A stretch of DNA of 64,000 nt from Candidatus Obscuribacterales bacterium (GCA_965228855.1 CBDDIJ010000003.1:416001-480000), one strand, 5' to 3'. Shown: positions 48,903-59,339, counted from the stretch's first letter. Program-made: numbers and translations. The notes: generated from the sequence alone by a model not told the origin.

Positions 48903-50045
48903 ATGCGTGGCATTTTGAGTGCGAACCCGGAGCAATCTCCGGCTGTTCTGGCATACAAAATTTTAGTGGGGTTGCCTATGTTGAACACACTGAAACTGTT
49001 GGTAAATCACTTTCGACCTAAGACGCAAAATAATCCAAGCGGATTAAAAACACCACCGGAATCAAAAAGAATAACGGAACAATCTGAGCATCTGGAAAAG
49101 CTAGTCCACGTGCGTAGTCACATGGATGAGCTCACGACAACAAACGCATTTGATATCAATGCGGTTCGTCAGAAAGTTCATGAAGATCTCAGGACTAGCG
49201 ATCTAAACGCCCGGCAGAAAGATCGGGCTTCAATGAATAAGTGGTTTAACAAGTGCGATCTTACTGATAGCGGATCATTCGATATCACGGCCTTCCAGCG
49301 CCGGATGGAAGAGATGGCGCGCGCCGAGGAAGAGGTATTCATGGAAGCTCTTCCCGCGCAGGAAGATATGTTAATGGCCTTTGGCAAACCCGAACATGAT
49401 TTTTTTGAGAGCGAGAAAATCTCTCTGTCTGGAGTTTTCCTCCGGGTAAACCCAAACGAGGATTTTGAGGATGAGTACAGCACACCATTGTTGCCGAGGT
49501 ATCACTGCAATGACGAAGCTGTATCCGAGCGTCATGAAATCCTGGACGAAACGCCCATTGTTTGCGAAGAATTTGATTTGAATTTTTCCGTGGAGGAAAC
49601 ATACGAGGAGTTGATCGCGGATGCGATTCCATCTCCGATACCGGCGTTCATACCTGTTTCACAAGCGGAAGAAACGTCGGCTCCCGAGCGACCGACAGTC
49701 AAAATAGATGCATCTATATTATTTGAAGAGTGGGTGAATCAAGAAAATTTCGATCCGCTTGCCGTCGAAAATGCAAGCGACGCAATGATCGATTCTGTCA
49801 CTGAAACGGCAATGGATGCGGTTTCTGATGAAGTGCTTGTTGAAGTGAATAGTCAACTCAATTCGCAATGCAAGGAAACTTCTGAAACAAAATTGGCCGC
49901 GAACGTTAAACCCGGCGGTAAGACGTCCAAAAAAACTTCCACGAAGTATTGGGCAGATTCAGATCGTTTAACTCGATTTGGTCGCAGGAAAACATCAGCA
50001 AGTTGCTCTTCAACTCGATTGCCTGCTCTCACACAAATCGCCTAG
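48903..50045 (+). CDS. Acidic hypothetical protein (start uncertain)
   Basis: 380-aa ORF, Glu/Asp-rich, no motif I recognise. Confidence 0.6.
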   Translation: MRGILSANPEQSPAVLAYKILVGLPMLNTLKLLVNHFRPKTQNNPSGLKTPPESKRITEQSEHLEKLVHVRSHMDELTTTNAFDINAVRQKVHEDLRTSDLNARQKDRASMNKWFNKCDLTDSGSFDITAFQRRMEEMARAEEEVFMEALPAQEDMLMAFGKPEHDFFESEKISLSGVFLRVNPNEDFEDEYSTPLLPRYHCNDEAVSERHEILDETPIVCEEFDLNFSVEETYEELIADAIPSPIPAFIPVSQAEETSAPERPTVKIDASILFEEWVNQENFDPLAVENASDAMIDSVTETAMDAVSDEVLVEVNSQLNSQCKETSETKLAANVKPGGKTSKKTSTKYWADSDRLTRFGRRKTSASCSSTRLPALTQIA

Positions 50046-50088
50046 TTGTCGGTCTGTTCTGTTCCGCCAAACGAAAGAAGCACCGACA

Positions 50089-51393
50089 TTAGCCGGTGCT
50101 CCAGACATCTTTCTTCGGTGGTGGATTGTACGCGTGTATTGAAAGCAGAAGTCCGATACACACAAGGTCTACAATCAGCGCCGTTCCTCCATAGCTGAGG
50201 AACGGCAGTGGAACCCCTGTGACTGGCATTATTCCTGTCGTCATTCCCATATTGATGAATGAGTGGAAAATGAACATGCACATGAGCCCCACGGCCATGC
50301 CGCTTCCGGCCGGGTCACCGCGGCAGTTGAATGCAATTTTTATTGCGCGGCAACAAATAATGGCGTACGCCGCGACTACTAAAACAGTGACCTTAAAACC
50401 GAGTTCTTCGCCGACTACCGCGAAGATAAAGTCTGTGTGTCTTTCTGGAATGAACGCTCCCTGACTCTGGTTGCCCTTACCGAGACCGGTTCCCTGGGGG
50501 CCACCGCTGCCGATTGCGATCAGACTCTGGAGAATGTGATATCCGGAACCTCTTGGATCGCTCCAGGGGTTTACGAAACTGGTCAAGCGTTTCTGCTGAT
50601 ACGGCTTCAAGTGTCCCCAAAGTTCAGGTCTGATCGTGCCGATGCCGTAGTTTGCACCTACGACGCCAAGAATAAGGATCAAGCGAACAAATATATTCCA
50701 GTCTTTTCTTCTCCAGAACAGGAGCAGAAAAACTCCGAGTCCACCCAGAAAATAGTGCCACCATGTAATGTCTACTGCGTTTAGAACCAGGCTGACCCCA
50801 GGGCTGGCAAGCAGAATGATGTCGGCAATCGTCGCGCCTGCCCAGAAGGACATGCCCATGAATACCGCCCCGAAAGTTAACGAGGTGCCTAAGTCCGGCT
50901 GTTTGAAAACAAGGAATGCCGGCGGCAGAATGATTGCCAGGGCCTTGAATATGTCGAAAAAGCTGCGGATTGGAAAGCGCTTGAACCAGGCAGCCATTGT
51001 AAATATAACTACGATTTTTGATATCTCAGATGGCTGGAGCGTGATCGGTCCTAGCTGCAGCCAGCGTTGAGCTCCCTGAGCCTCGTGTCCAAGAACCATG
51101 GTGAGGGCTAGTAACCCGAGATTTCCCAGGTAAATAACTGGTATCACCCATGGTTTCACCCAGAAGCGATATGGAATGCGACTAAAGATGAAAAGCAGCA
51201 CGGCACCTGCGCACAGGAAGTCGAACTGCTTTTCATAGTATCCGTATGTTTGTGCCGAATTGCGTAGAACGGTCAGTCCCGTGAAGAGAAGAAAGCCTGT
51301 CGCGCCCAGTAGCCACAAATCAATGCTCGCAAATGTTTGCGAGATGATTTTGGACACATCGTCGAAAGTCGTCCTACGTAATACGTTGTTCAA
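50089..51393 (-). CDS. rodA: Rod shape-determining SEDS protein RodA
   Basis: GAQRWL, QPSEISK, QPDLGT, YQQKRL, SGYHILQSLIAIGSGG, PERHTDFIF and GVPLPFLSYGG. Confidence 0.95.
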   Translation of the reverse strand: MNNVLRRTTFDDVSKIISQTFASIDLWLLGATGFLLFTGLTVLRNSAQTYGYYEKQFDFLCAGAVLLFIFSRIPYRFWVKPWVIPVIYLGNLGLLALTMVLGHEAQGAQRWLQLGPITLQPSEISKIVVIFTMAAWFKRFPIRSFFDIFKALAIILPPAFLVFKQPDLGTSLTFGAVFMGMSFWAGATIADIILLASPGVSLVLNAVDITWWHYFLGGLGVFLLLFWRRKDWNIFVRLILILGVVGANYGIGTIRPELWGHLKPYQQKRLTSFVNPWSDPRGSGYHILQSLIAIGSGGPQGTGLGKGNQSQGAFIPERHTDFIFAVVGEELGFKVTVLVVAAYAIICCRAIKIAFNCRGDPAGSGMAVGLMCMFIFHSFINMGMTTGIMPVTGVPLPFLSYGGTALIVDLVCIGLLLSIHAYNPPPKKDVWSTG

Positions 51394-51406
51394 TCAGCTT
51401 CGAATC

Positions 51407-51667
51407 TCAGCACTTGGAGCGCAGGAGCGGGAAATTGGCAATCAATTGCGCCCTGCGATCTAATTGTTGCAGATCAAACTGCGTCGTGCTCTTGTCAAGC
51501 TCAAAATATCTTGACACCACGGCCATCAGTTCTTCCTCGAGGCATTCGAGGCGCCCGGCCGGAAGCTCGAGACGGTCGTAGGTTAACATTGATCTCATGC
51601 GGTCTTTTGCGGTCGTTCTGACTGTAGTCGGGCGAAAGCGCGCAAAAAGATTGGATAAAACCTGCAT
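51407..51667 (-). CDS. minE: Cell division topological specificity factor MinE
   Basis: TAKDRMRSMLTYDR...LEEELMAVVSRY...LIANFP; lies directly after minD. Confidence 0.9.
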   Translation of the reverse strand: MQVLSNLFARFRPTTVRTTAKDRMRSMLTYDRLELPAGRLECLEEELMAVVSRYFELDKSTTQFDLQQLDRRAQLIANFPLLRSKC

Positions 51668-51681
51668 ATTGTCGGCCCCCC

Positions 51682-52494
51682 TTATACGCGGACCGGATTA
51701 AAGAAGTTGACGATCCTGTTGATCCAGGTCTGATTCTGGGCTGAAAAGTCCATAATCGGAACGTCTTCTCCTCTCAACCGGCGCGCAATATTGCGGTAGG
51801 CGAGACCCGATTTGCAGTTGTCGGTTCCACTGACCGGTTCGCCTTTGTTCGTGGAGACGATGATTTCCTCATCCTCCGGAACGACGCCGAGCAGTTCCAC
51901 TGAAAGAATTTCAAGAACATCTTCGACCGACATCATGTCGTTAGCCTGAACCATGTTCGGGCGGTAACGATTGACGACCAGCCTGTACTGCTCGATTTCA
52001 TCTTTGCGAGCTTCAAGTAAACCGATAATGCGATCGGCGTCTCTGACGGACGACATTTCCGGAGTGCATATGACAATCGCTTCGTGTGCCCCTGCCACCG
52101 CATTTTGGAAACCTTGCTCGATACCTGCCGGGCTGTCGACGAGTACGAATTCGAAAATGCTGCTCAGCTCTTTGCAGAGTTCCTTCATTTGATCGGCGGA
52201 AACAGCTGATTTGTCACGGGTTTGCGCTGCCGGCAACAGACTCAGGTTTGGAAGACGTTTGTCTTTCACGAGCGCCTGGCGCAATTTGCAACGTTCTTCG
52301 ATAACGTCGACTAGGTTGTATACGACTCGGTTTTCGAGACCCATGAGGATATCTAGGTTTCTCAATCCGATGTCCATGTCGACGAGTGCGACGCTTGCGC
52401 CTGTGCTTGCCAGGGCTACGCCCAGGTTGGCGGATGCGGTTGTTTTACCAACCCCGCCTTTTCCAGAAGTTATTACGATTACTCGACCGGTCAT
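51682..52494 (-). CDS. minD: Septum site-determining ATPase MinD
   Basis: TSGKGGVGKTT, DIGLRNLD, DSPAGIEQGF and a C-terminal amphipathic helix. Confidence 0.97.
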   Translation of the reverse strand: MTGRVIVITSGKGGVGKTTASANLGVALASTGASVALVDMDIGLRNLDILMGLENRVVYNLVDVIEERCKLRQALVKDKRLPNLSLLPAAQTRDKSAVSADQMKELCKELSSIFEFVLVDSPAGIEQGFQNAVAGAHEAIVICTPEMSSVRDADRIIGLLEARKDEIEQYRLVVNRYRPNMVQANDMMSVEDVLEILSVELLGVVPEDEEIIVSTNKGEPVSGTDNCKSGLAYRNIARRLRGEDVPIMDFSAQNQTWINRIVNFFNPVRV

Positions 52495-52553
52495 TCCATT
52501 TACCTGTGGGATAGTGGTGCTTAATTTACGAGGAGAGAACTTTGTTTTCGGGC

Positions 52554-54077
52554 TTAATCGAGTCTTGATCTGACGACTTTGATTTTGCCGTCCACCATGC
52601 GAGCCGTCTCAGGTCCGTTGCTGGCTGCATAGTTGACTCGAGGTCTGTCGGGAGCTCTAGCGATTGCGTGGGCAATTCGAATCTGGATAGGTTGCAACTT
52701 CAACGCTCGAATTTCAGCGTCGACGTTGCCGCCGATACCGGCGTGGGCCACGCCGCGCAGGCAGCCCCATACAGTAATGTCGCCGTCCGCCATTACTTCT
52801 GCGCCTGGGTTGATATCGCCAATGATGACGAGGTGACCTTTATGGCTTACCGTTTGACCTGATCGCAAGTTTTGTCTCAGGTACAGCGTTGTAGGTCCAC
52901 CGATAGGCGACATATGAATGTCAACCGAATCGGTTTCCACTTCGCCATCGTATTCTTCGGCATGCTCTACATCATCGTCTTCGTCATCGATCTCGTTGTC
53001 GAGAATCGTCTGACCGACTTTGGGGTCGGGCGTACAATCCGCGTCCACATGGGTGACAACGTCACCAGTTACGGTGGCAGCCTGTGCGATCGCCTGGGCT
53101 GCGGGCTGGGCTTCCATCATTCCGTCAGAAAGCTGGAAGCTCATTACTTTTACTTCTACTTGAGGACCAGTGATTGACTGCTGCTCTTTCGAAATCGGCT
53201 CATCAAGCACACTTTGCGAAGCCGGCATTGCCTGGATGACGTTTTGCTCCGGAGAGGTGTCTTCGGCAACGATACTGACGTCCACCACATTCGGTGGCAC
53301 CGTTATTTCCAGGGTGGGAGCGAAGATTTGGTCGTTGGGCAAATCTGAATTTGCCGCAACCTCGAAGTTTTGCACAGGAGGCTTTGGTGCGCTCGCTGAT
53401 TTGGAAGCCGTTGGCGGCTTCTCTGCTTTGCCTTTGCTCTGAGCTGCGGGCTCGAAACTTACCGGTTTGCTTTGCTCCACTCTCGGTTCGCCGGCGATTG
53501 ATCTGCCATCGAGCGAGACCTTTCGTTTTTTCGGTGCTACGTGTGGAAACGGTGAATCATGACTCTCTGCTTTGCCTGCTTCGAAGCCATCGTGCTTCAT
53601 TTCTTCCAGACCTTGTTCCACAGGAGGGCTCGCCTCATGCTTGTTTTTGTTGCGAGACATCGCATCGACCACGCGCATTGTGATGCTGGCGAGTGGTCCT
53701 GCTTTCTTCCCCTCTTCTTCGAGCTCGGTGCTCGTTACTTTCGTTGGATCAATAGACACTGCCGGCAGTGTCATCGGTTTTCCTGCTCCAAGAGGAATAT
53801 GTCGTTTCTTTAGTGAAGCGCGCGTGACATCACTTGTCGAGTAGACGCCAGTTGGAGCGATGCCGACGGCTTCCGCTATAGAGAGGATCTGTTCGAGTTC
53901 CTCCGGAGTGACAGAGAGCGCGCCGAGATTGATAGAAACATGCATGCCCTGCCAAAAGTTGTTTGACACTTGCAGCGTTGAACTGAGATGTTCGAGCGCC
54001 TCTCTCAACGTCGTGCAGCCACTGACGTCGATGAGCACTCCCTGGTCCGGTTGACTGATAATAGCGATTTTAGACAT
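52554..54077 (-). CDS. minC: Septum site-determining protein MinC with a long low-complexity insertion
   Basis: C-terminal LRSGQ...GDINPGAEVMADGDITVWGCLRGVAHAG domain and a MinC_N-like N-terminus. Confidence 0.9.
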   Translation of the reverse strand: MSKIAIISQPDQGVLIDVSGCTTLREALEHLSSTLQVSNNFWQGMHVSINLGALSVTPEELEQILSIAEAVGIAPTGVYSTSDVTRASLKKRHIPLGAGKPMTLPAVSIDPTKVTSTELEEEGKKAGPLASITMRVVDAMSRNKNKHEASPPVEQGLEEMKHDGFEAGKAESHDSPFPHVAPKKRKVSLDGRSIAGEPRVEQSKPVSFEPAAQSKGKAEKPPTASKSASAPKPPVQNFEVAANSDLPNDQIFAPTLEITVPPNVVDVSIVAEDTSPEQNVIQAMPASQSVLDEPISKEQQSITGPQVEVKVMSFQLSDGMMEAQPAAQAIAQAATVTGDVVTHVDADCTPDPKVGQTILDNEIDDEDDDVEHAEEYDGEVETDSVDIHMSPIGGPTTLYLRQNLRSGQTVSHKGHLVIIGDINPGAEVMADGDITVWGCLRGVAHAGIGGNVDAEIRALKLQPIQIRIAHAIARAPDRPRVNYAASNGPETARMVDGKIKVVRSRLD

Positions 54078-54145
54078 GCAAATACATTGGCGTCCGAAGG
54101 GTCTGGTATGCTCGGCGAACTTATGTAACGATTCGCCACAGGAGG

Positions 54146-54174
54146 ATCGTATTGTTTGGAAATCGGCTCGTCAA
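54146..54174 (-). promoter_or_regulatory. Sigma-70-type promoter of minCDE-rodA
   Basis: On the - strand: TTGACG-N17-TACGAT, about 70 nt upstream of the minC start. Confidence 0.6.
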
Positions 54175-54305
54175 GCCTATCTACATACAGGGTGTATATC
54201 GATCGGTGCGTATAATCGCATGACATAACCGTAAGATTTTTGCCATGCGCGGCTGTGTCCTGCATCGCGGGAAGATGAAACTATTTAGAGAATGAGGGGA
54301 GCGCT

Positions 54306-55736
54306 ATGACAGGTGGTCAATTCCATAGAGCCATGGGGATGGTCGATGCGACTGCCATAGTCGTAGGTTCGATGATCGGCTCCGGCATTTTCATCGTTGC
54401 GGCGGATACCGCGCGCAGCGTCGGTTGCGCAGGCTGGTTCCTTGCAGCCTGGATTTTTGCCGGTTTCCTGACTGTTTCCGCTGCCACCGCCTATAGTGAG
54501 CTGGCGTCGATGTATCCATCAGCGGGTGGTCAGTATATATTTTTGAGAGAAGGCTACGGGAAGCTCGTTGGCTTTTTATATGGATGGACACTTTTCATGG
54601 TGATCCAGACGGGAACCAACGCTGCCGTTGCAGTAGCGTTTGCCAAGTTTCTCGGTGTATTCGTTCCCTTTGTTTCCGACGAAAACGTTTTGCTGGCAGT
54701 GGGCGGTTGGCATTTTTCCACGCAAAAGTTGATCGCTTTGTTGGTCATCGCTCTCTTGACTGCGGTGAATTGTGGTGGCATTCATCTGGCAAAGAAGATC
54801 CAAACAAGTTTCACCTTCATAAAAGTAGTCGCATTATCAGCGCTGATTATACTGGGCGCCTTTGCTACTCAGCATCACAGTGGTGCGCCGGTGAATTTCG
54901 AAAACCTCTGGCTCGCGAAATCCGCTGATGGTCATCCACTTGAACTTGGCGCACTGCTGCTGGCGTTTTCCATCGCGCTCGTGGGACCTCTGTTTTCCAT
55001 GGACGCGTGGAACAACATCACATTTGCAGGGGAGGAAGTGAAAAGCCCTGAGAAGACTTTGCCGCGAAGCTTGATCACCGGCACGGCACTCGTCTGCCTG
55101 CTCTATCTTCTGACCAATATCGTCTACCTTCTCGTGCTTCCACTGGACGGTGTAAAAGATGCTCCAACTGTAATTGAGCGTGGCATACAGTATGCCGCCC
55201 AGGACAGAGTAGGAACGGCAGCCCTGGAAGTTATCTTTGGCGAAGTCGGTCAGAAAATCATGGCAGGCGCGATCATGATTTCTGTTTTCGGTGCATTAAA
55301 TGGACTGATTCTATCGGGACCACGTCTGTATTACGCGATGGCCAAAGACGGTTTATTCTTTAAGAACGCGGGCATTTTACATGCCAGGACCGGGGTCCCG
55401 GTGTTCGGTCTGGTTATTCAGGGGGTCTGGTCTTGCATTCTTGCGACCTCGGGACGGTACGGAGACCTCCTGGACATGGTCGTCTTCGCTGCTTTGCTGT
55501 TTTACATCCTGACGGTCGGCGCGATATTTATATTAAGGAAGAAACATCCGAATGCTGAGAGACCTTTCAAGGTTCCTTTGTATCCCGTGCTGCCTGCCTT
55601 GTATATAATATGTGCTGCGGTAGTTTCCATGGGGCAAATAATCGGTCGACCCGATTACTGCGGTTTCGGTCTGGCCATCATCCTTTTGGGGCTTCCTGTA
55701 TTTTTTGTCTGGCAAAAGAAAGCCAAATCCTCCTAG
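54306..55736 (+). CDS. APC-family amino acid permease
   Basis: VVGSMIGSGIF, YSELASMYPSAGGQY, AGEEVKSPEKTLP and RPFKVPLYP. Confidence 0.95.
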   Translation: MTGGQFHRAMGMVDATAIVVGSMIGSGIFIVAADTARSVGCAGWFLAAWIFAGFLTVSAATAYSELASMYPSAGGQYIFLREGYGKLVGFLYGWTLFMVIQTGTNAAVAVAFAKFLGVFVPFVSDENVLLAVGGWHFSTQKLIALLVIALLTAVNCGGIHLAKKIQTSFTFIKVVALSALIILGAFATQHHSGAPVNFENLWLAKSADGHPLELGALLLAFSIALVGPLFSMDAWNNITFAGEEVKSPEKTLPRSLITGTALVCLLYLLTNIVYLLVLPLDGVKDAPTVIERGIQYAAQDRVGTAALEVIFGEVGQKIMAGAIMISVFGALNGLILSGPRLYYAMAKDGLFFKNAGILHARTGVPVFGLVIQGVWSCILATSGRYGDLLDMVVFAALLFYILTVGAIFILRKKHPNAERPFKVPLYPVLPALYIICAAVVSMGQIIGRPDYCGFGLAIILLGLPVFFVWQKKAKSS

Positions 55737-55745
55737 CCAATTGAG

Positions 55746-56600
55746 GTGTCTATGACAGCAACGAACGGCGCCGCCCGCGTTTTTTCAGGCGAGAAGGTTT
55801 TATCGCTAAAAGTCGTTCGTCTCAGTTTGATAGTGTCTTTGTTGGCTTTGGCGAACCCAGCGCAGGCGGCGGTCGTGAAAAAGCCGCAGGCGTCGAAGCC
55901 TGTTCAAAAATTCGATTTGAAACGGATTACCGCTGCTGCGGCCAAAGCTCCGCAAGCAAACAGTAACAAGTCGATCGCAAGTATTGCTGGAACTTCATCT
56001 TTGTCGTCCTCAGCGGAAATTGAGAAACAGTTTCAGCAATTGAAGAAAAACGGGTTCAAAGGGAACCCATCGATTGAGTTGCTCGAACGTATGATGGGTG
56101 AAATGCACAATCAAAAACGTTGGGCCGACAAGGAAATTGTGATGCACGCCAACGTGGTAGCTTATGAAAAACATTATGGTGCCGATCATCCTGTTGTTGC
56201 CAGTCAGCTCGAGTCGATGATTGACATGTACAAGAAATTGAACAAGTTGAGCGATGCGTCCAAGTTGCAAACGAGAGTTAATTCTATCCTTAAAGGGGCG
56301 CGTGAAAACGTTGATGCCACACCGCTCTTTGACGTTCACCCGGATGGCAGCACGACGGAGCGTAGTCCGATGACTCATGAAGATCGAATGACCGATCTAA
56401 GAGCCCGTGCGGATGTTTTCGCTAATCATGCTGATTTCGAAACATCGGTCGCCTATCTCAAGAAGGCGCTGTCTGAGTCAAAATCAGAAGGTGGTGGATT
56501 TACCTCTGATGACTATAAAAATCTGGCGAGTTTCGAAGAACGGCTTGGAAACGAGAAGGAAGCAGCTAAGTTTCGCAATGCTGCAGATACAACAAATTAG
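55746..56600 (+). CDS. Exported hypothetical protein with TPR-like helices
   Basis: Signal peptide ending in PAQA and the motif YGADHPVVASQLE. Confidence 0.65.
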   Translation: MSMTATNGAARVFSGEKVLSLKVVRLSLIVSLLALANPAQAAVVKKPQASKPVQKFDLKRITAAAAKAPQANSNKSIASIAGTSSLSSSAEIEKQFQQLKKNGFKGNPSIELLERMMGEMHNQKRWADKEIVMHANVVAYEKHYGADHPVVASQLESMIDMYKKLNKLSDASKLQTRVNSILKGARENVDATPLFDVHPDGSTTERSPMTHEDRMTDLRARADVFANHADFETSVAYLKKALSESKSEGGGFTSDDYKNLASFEERLGNEKEAAKFRNAADTTN

Positions 56601-57424
56601 GCAAGTTTTTCAAGCTCAGCGTTTGCTTCTTTTGTCATGGCGTGCTCATCACCCCAGTGTTTTTTGAGGATGGCTATTTCTTCCTGTCGCAGTTGTTTCG
56701 CCCTCTCAACCTCACCCAACTCAAGCAGCACCTCACTCATTTGAGCGAGAATTGATATTCGACACAATGGATGACTATCGTTTGCTTCTACGATGTCCGC
56801 GGCTATCTGCGCGCGTTCGAGCAGCGGCATGAGTTTCCTCAACCGCTCTTCGCGGCTAATCTCGATCTGCACGAATGGAACTTCTGTTTTTTGCTCTTCT
56901 TCAGTAAACCAATCTTCGAGGTGTTTGTTTGCTTCTTCTGCCACCATATCCGGTTCCGGCTGCCGACCCATTACCGTAAATAACATTTGCATTGCAACGT
57001 CTTCAGCGCTCTTGATGCCGAACTTTTGTTCAAGGGCACGCGCCACCGAAGTCATGGCCTTACTCAATTCCGTTCGAGGTTTGCATAACGCGATGTGTCT
57101 CAATAGGTCGGCTACTTCTTTAACGTTTGCGGATTTCGCTCTCCGAAGCCTTACCAGCGTTCTCGAGAACAACTCTTCAGCTTTCGCGACTTCATTCGCG
57201 TTCATGTACGAGGAACCCAGATCGCTCATGACTGAAAGCGCGATTGAACTGTCGGACCCGTGACATTCTTCCGTGTGTGCCGCTAAATCTTCGGCGATCC
57301 TGAGCGAATGCGAATGATCGCGATCGAAATGCAAAAGGATTTTGAGCGACTTCATGAGGTTGACTTCCTGTTCTAAAAACAGGGAGTCGCTGTCCTCAAT
57401 CGAGACGAGATTCTCAAACACCAT
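56597..57424 (-). CDS. TPR-like helical hypothetical protein
   Basis: SDLGSSYMNANEVAKAEELF and WGDEHAMT. The ATG at 57424 overlaps the end of meaB. Confidence 0.6.
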   Translation of the reverse strand: MVFENLVSIEDSDSLFLEQEVNLMKSLKILLHFDRDHSHSLRIAEDLAAHTEECHGSDSSIALSVMSDLGSSYMNANEVAKAEELFSRTLVRLRRAKSANVKEVADLLRHIALCKPRTELSKAMTSVARALEQKFGIKSAEDVAMQMLFTVMGRQPEPDMVAEEANKHLEDWFTEEEQKTEVPFVQIEISREERLRKLMPLLERAQIAADIVEANDSHPLCRISILAQMSEVLLELGEVERAKQLRQEEIAILKKHWGDEHAMTKEANAELEKLA

Positions 57425-58403
57425 TGGTGGTGCGCTCCGATTCCATGGCCGCACCAAACAGTTTCCGTATAATGGTCTCCGCTGCAGAGTGCGGGTCTAG
57501 CTTTCGTGCCACCACGCTAGAAAGCGCGTCTTTGATTTCATCGGAACTCTCGAGCGAGTGTTCTAAATTGGTCCGTGCAATTTCTGCGACCATCTCGGCA
57601 AGTTCTGTCTTCACCTTGCCTTTGCGACGCTCGTTGAGCTGGTCATTTTCATTGAGAAAACTTCCGTGATCTTTGACTGCTTGCCAAATTTTATCGACGC
57701 CCTCTCCTGTTTCGCTGATTGCAACGATAACGGGCGGACACCAGCTTGTCGGGTGGTGTGCCAGTTCCAAACTCGCGATGATCTCGGTCGCCGATTTATT
57801 TGCTCCGGGTAAATCGCCTTTGTTTACCACAAAAATATCACCTATTTCCATGATACCGGATTTGATGGCTTGGATGTCGTCGCCGGAACCGGGCATGAGG
57901 ACTAAAATGGTCGTGTCAGCTGTTTGAGCAATTGCAAGTTCAGACTGACCGACGCCAACAGTTTCAATAATCACTACATCAAAGCCGAATGCTTCCAGCA
58001 TCCTGATTGCATCATAGGTGGCGAGCGAAACGCCGCCTGCGTGCCCGCGATTCGCCATCGAGCGGATGTACACATCTTTGTCCAGCGTGTGATCTTGCAT
58101 CCTGATTCTGTCACCGAGGATGGCGCCACCGGTAAACGGGCTGGATGGATCGACCGCGAGAACCGCGACCTTTTTGCCTTCCTTGCGCGCCTCCGTCACG
58201 AGCGCATCAACAAGCGTCGATTTACCGACTCCTGGCGAGCCTGTGACGCCAATGATGTGTGCTTTGCCCGAATGGTTGAATAATTCTTTGACCAGCGCCG
58301 TAGCGGGTGTGCCGCCTGCCTCTACAACTGTGATGGCGCGCGCCAGTGCGCGTTTGTCGCCTGCTAAAAGCTTTTTGCCGATGTCTTCCAAGACTCTACT
58401 CAT
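57414..58403 (-). CDS. meaB: Methylmalonyl-CoA mutase-associated GTPase MeaB/ArgK
   Basis: GVTGSPGVGKST, VDPSSPFTGGAILGDRIRM, ETVGVGQSE, GDDIQAIKSG and VNKGD. Confidence 0.95.
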   Translation of the reverse strand: MSRVLEDIGKKLLAGDKRALARAITVVEAGGTPATALVKELFNHSGKAHIIGVTGSPGVGKSTLVDALVTEARKEGKKVAVLAVDPSSPFTGGAILGDRIRMQDHTLDKDVYIRSMANRGHAGGVSLATYDAIRMLEAFGFDVVIIETVGVGQSELAIAQTADTTILVLMPGSGDDIQAIKSGIMEIGDIFVVNKGDLPGANKSATEIIASLELAHHPTSWCPPVIVAISETGEGVDKIWQAVKDHGSFLNENDQLNERRKGKVKTELAEMVAEIARTNLEHSLESSDEIKDALSSVVARKLDPHSAAETIIRKLFGAAMESERTTNGV

Positions 58404-58548
58404 ATATAAGTAAGAACAGTCGCTAATTTTAGCAAACGCAAATGGGCTACTGGTCCTGGTATTTCGAGGTCATAACACTCCGGGAACATGTCTTGAACAG
58501 AGGAGTCTTGAGGGATATGTGAGCGTAGCGGCGAAGGGAGCCTCCAAA

Positions 58549-59169
58549 ATGAAGTCGGAAATTAGCGTGTCCTTACTAGTAGTTTTGGGTCTTTCTCTGG
58601 CTCCTGCAGCCCATGCCGGAATTATCGACTCGTCCAATGTGAGCATCAAGACTGGCTTTGGAGATGAGATAACTATTAAGAAGGGAATCTTTGGAAACAA
58701 GAAGAAAGTCGTCAAGGATCGGCTGGGCGACAAATACGAGGTCAGCAATGGCATTTTTGGCAACACGAACACTGAAATAAACTTGCTGGGCAACTCGTAC
58801 TCCAAGAAAAAAGGAATATTGGGAACTCGCGAGACCGAGATGAAGTCGCTTCTCGGCGACAGTTTTAAAACCAAGAAGAGTTGGCTCCTTGGGCGCAGAA
58901 CGACAACTATTGATGCCAGCGGTGTGACCGGGCTGGTAGGTTCTGCAATCAGTCGCGCTACAAGAAAACCGATGCTTCCGCCTCTGCCCGTCGGCAACGG
59001 TGCTCCTGACGTGTCGACCTTCGGTTCCAGGATGGCAGGCGATATGGGTGGTGATGAAAACCTTCCTCCGCCGATGAGCGCGATGCCCGAATACAATCAG
59101 CCTGACTTGAGCGCTCCGCCAGCTGGAGAGCTCGACACGGTGCCGTTCAGTCAGAGTCCCATGCGCTAG
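58549..59169 (+). CDS. Secreted protein with ~11-residue (I/L)(F/L)G(N/D) repeats and a Pro-rich tail
   Basis: Signal peptide ending in AAHA; units GFGD, IFGN, RLGD, IFGN, LLGN, ILGT, LLGD and LLGR. Confidence 0.7.
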   Translation: MKSEISVSLLVVLGLSLAPAAHAGIIDSSNVSIKTGFGDEITIKKGIFGNKKKVVKDRLGDKYEVSNGIFGNTNTEINLLGNSYSKKKGILGTRETEMKSLLGDSFKTKKSWLLGRRTTTIDASGVTGLVGSAISRATRKPMLPPLPVGNGAPDVSTFGSRMAGDMGGDENLPPPMSAMPEYNQPDLSAPPAGELDTVPFSQSPMR

Positions 59170-59177
59170 TCCCAGCA

Positions 59178-59244
59178 GGAACTAGTACTGGAACTGGAAC
59201 TGGAACTAGAACTAGAACTAGAACTAGAACTTTGGAACTAGAAC
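59178..59244. repeat. Hexanucleotide tandem repeat (RGAACT), about 11 units
   Basis: GGAACT AGTACT (GGAACT)3 (AGAACT)4 TT GGAACT AGAAC. Confidence 0.9.
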
Positions 59245-59264
59245 GCTAATAAAATTTTTCCCCG

Positions 59265-59308
59265 GAGTGGTGAAAGGCGCACGAGCAATCGGGGCGCCTT
59301 TCTGGTTT
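59265..59308. repeat. 44-bp hairpin direct repeat, copy 1
   Basis: GAGTGGTGAAAGGCGCACGAGCAATCGGGGCGCCTTTCTGGTTT. Confidence 0.85.
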
Positions 59309-59339
59309 GCGGCTCCTTATACTTTGTCCCGGTTTAATG

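Noticed and set aside
10951..53093. HIP1 octamer GCGATCGC (seen at 10951, 17819, 31891 and 53086)
   Set aside because: Only a handful found by eye, well below the density of HIP1-rich cyanobacteria; not counted rigorously.
57414..58403. meaB without an adjacent mutase gene
   Set aside because: An unlinked meaB is not unusual; the mutase may lie outside the window.
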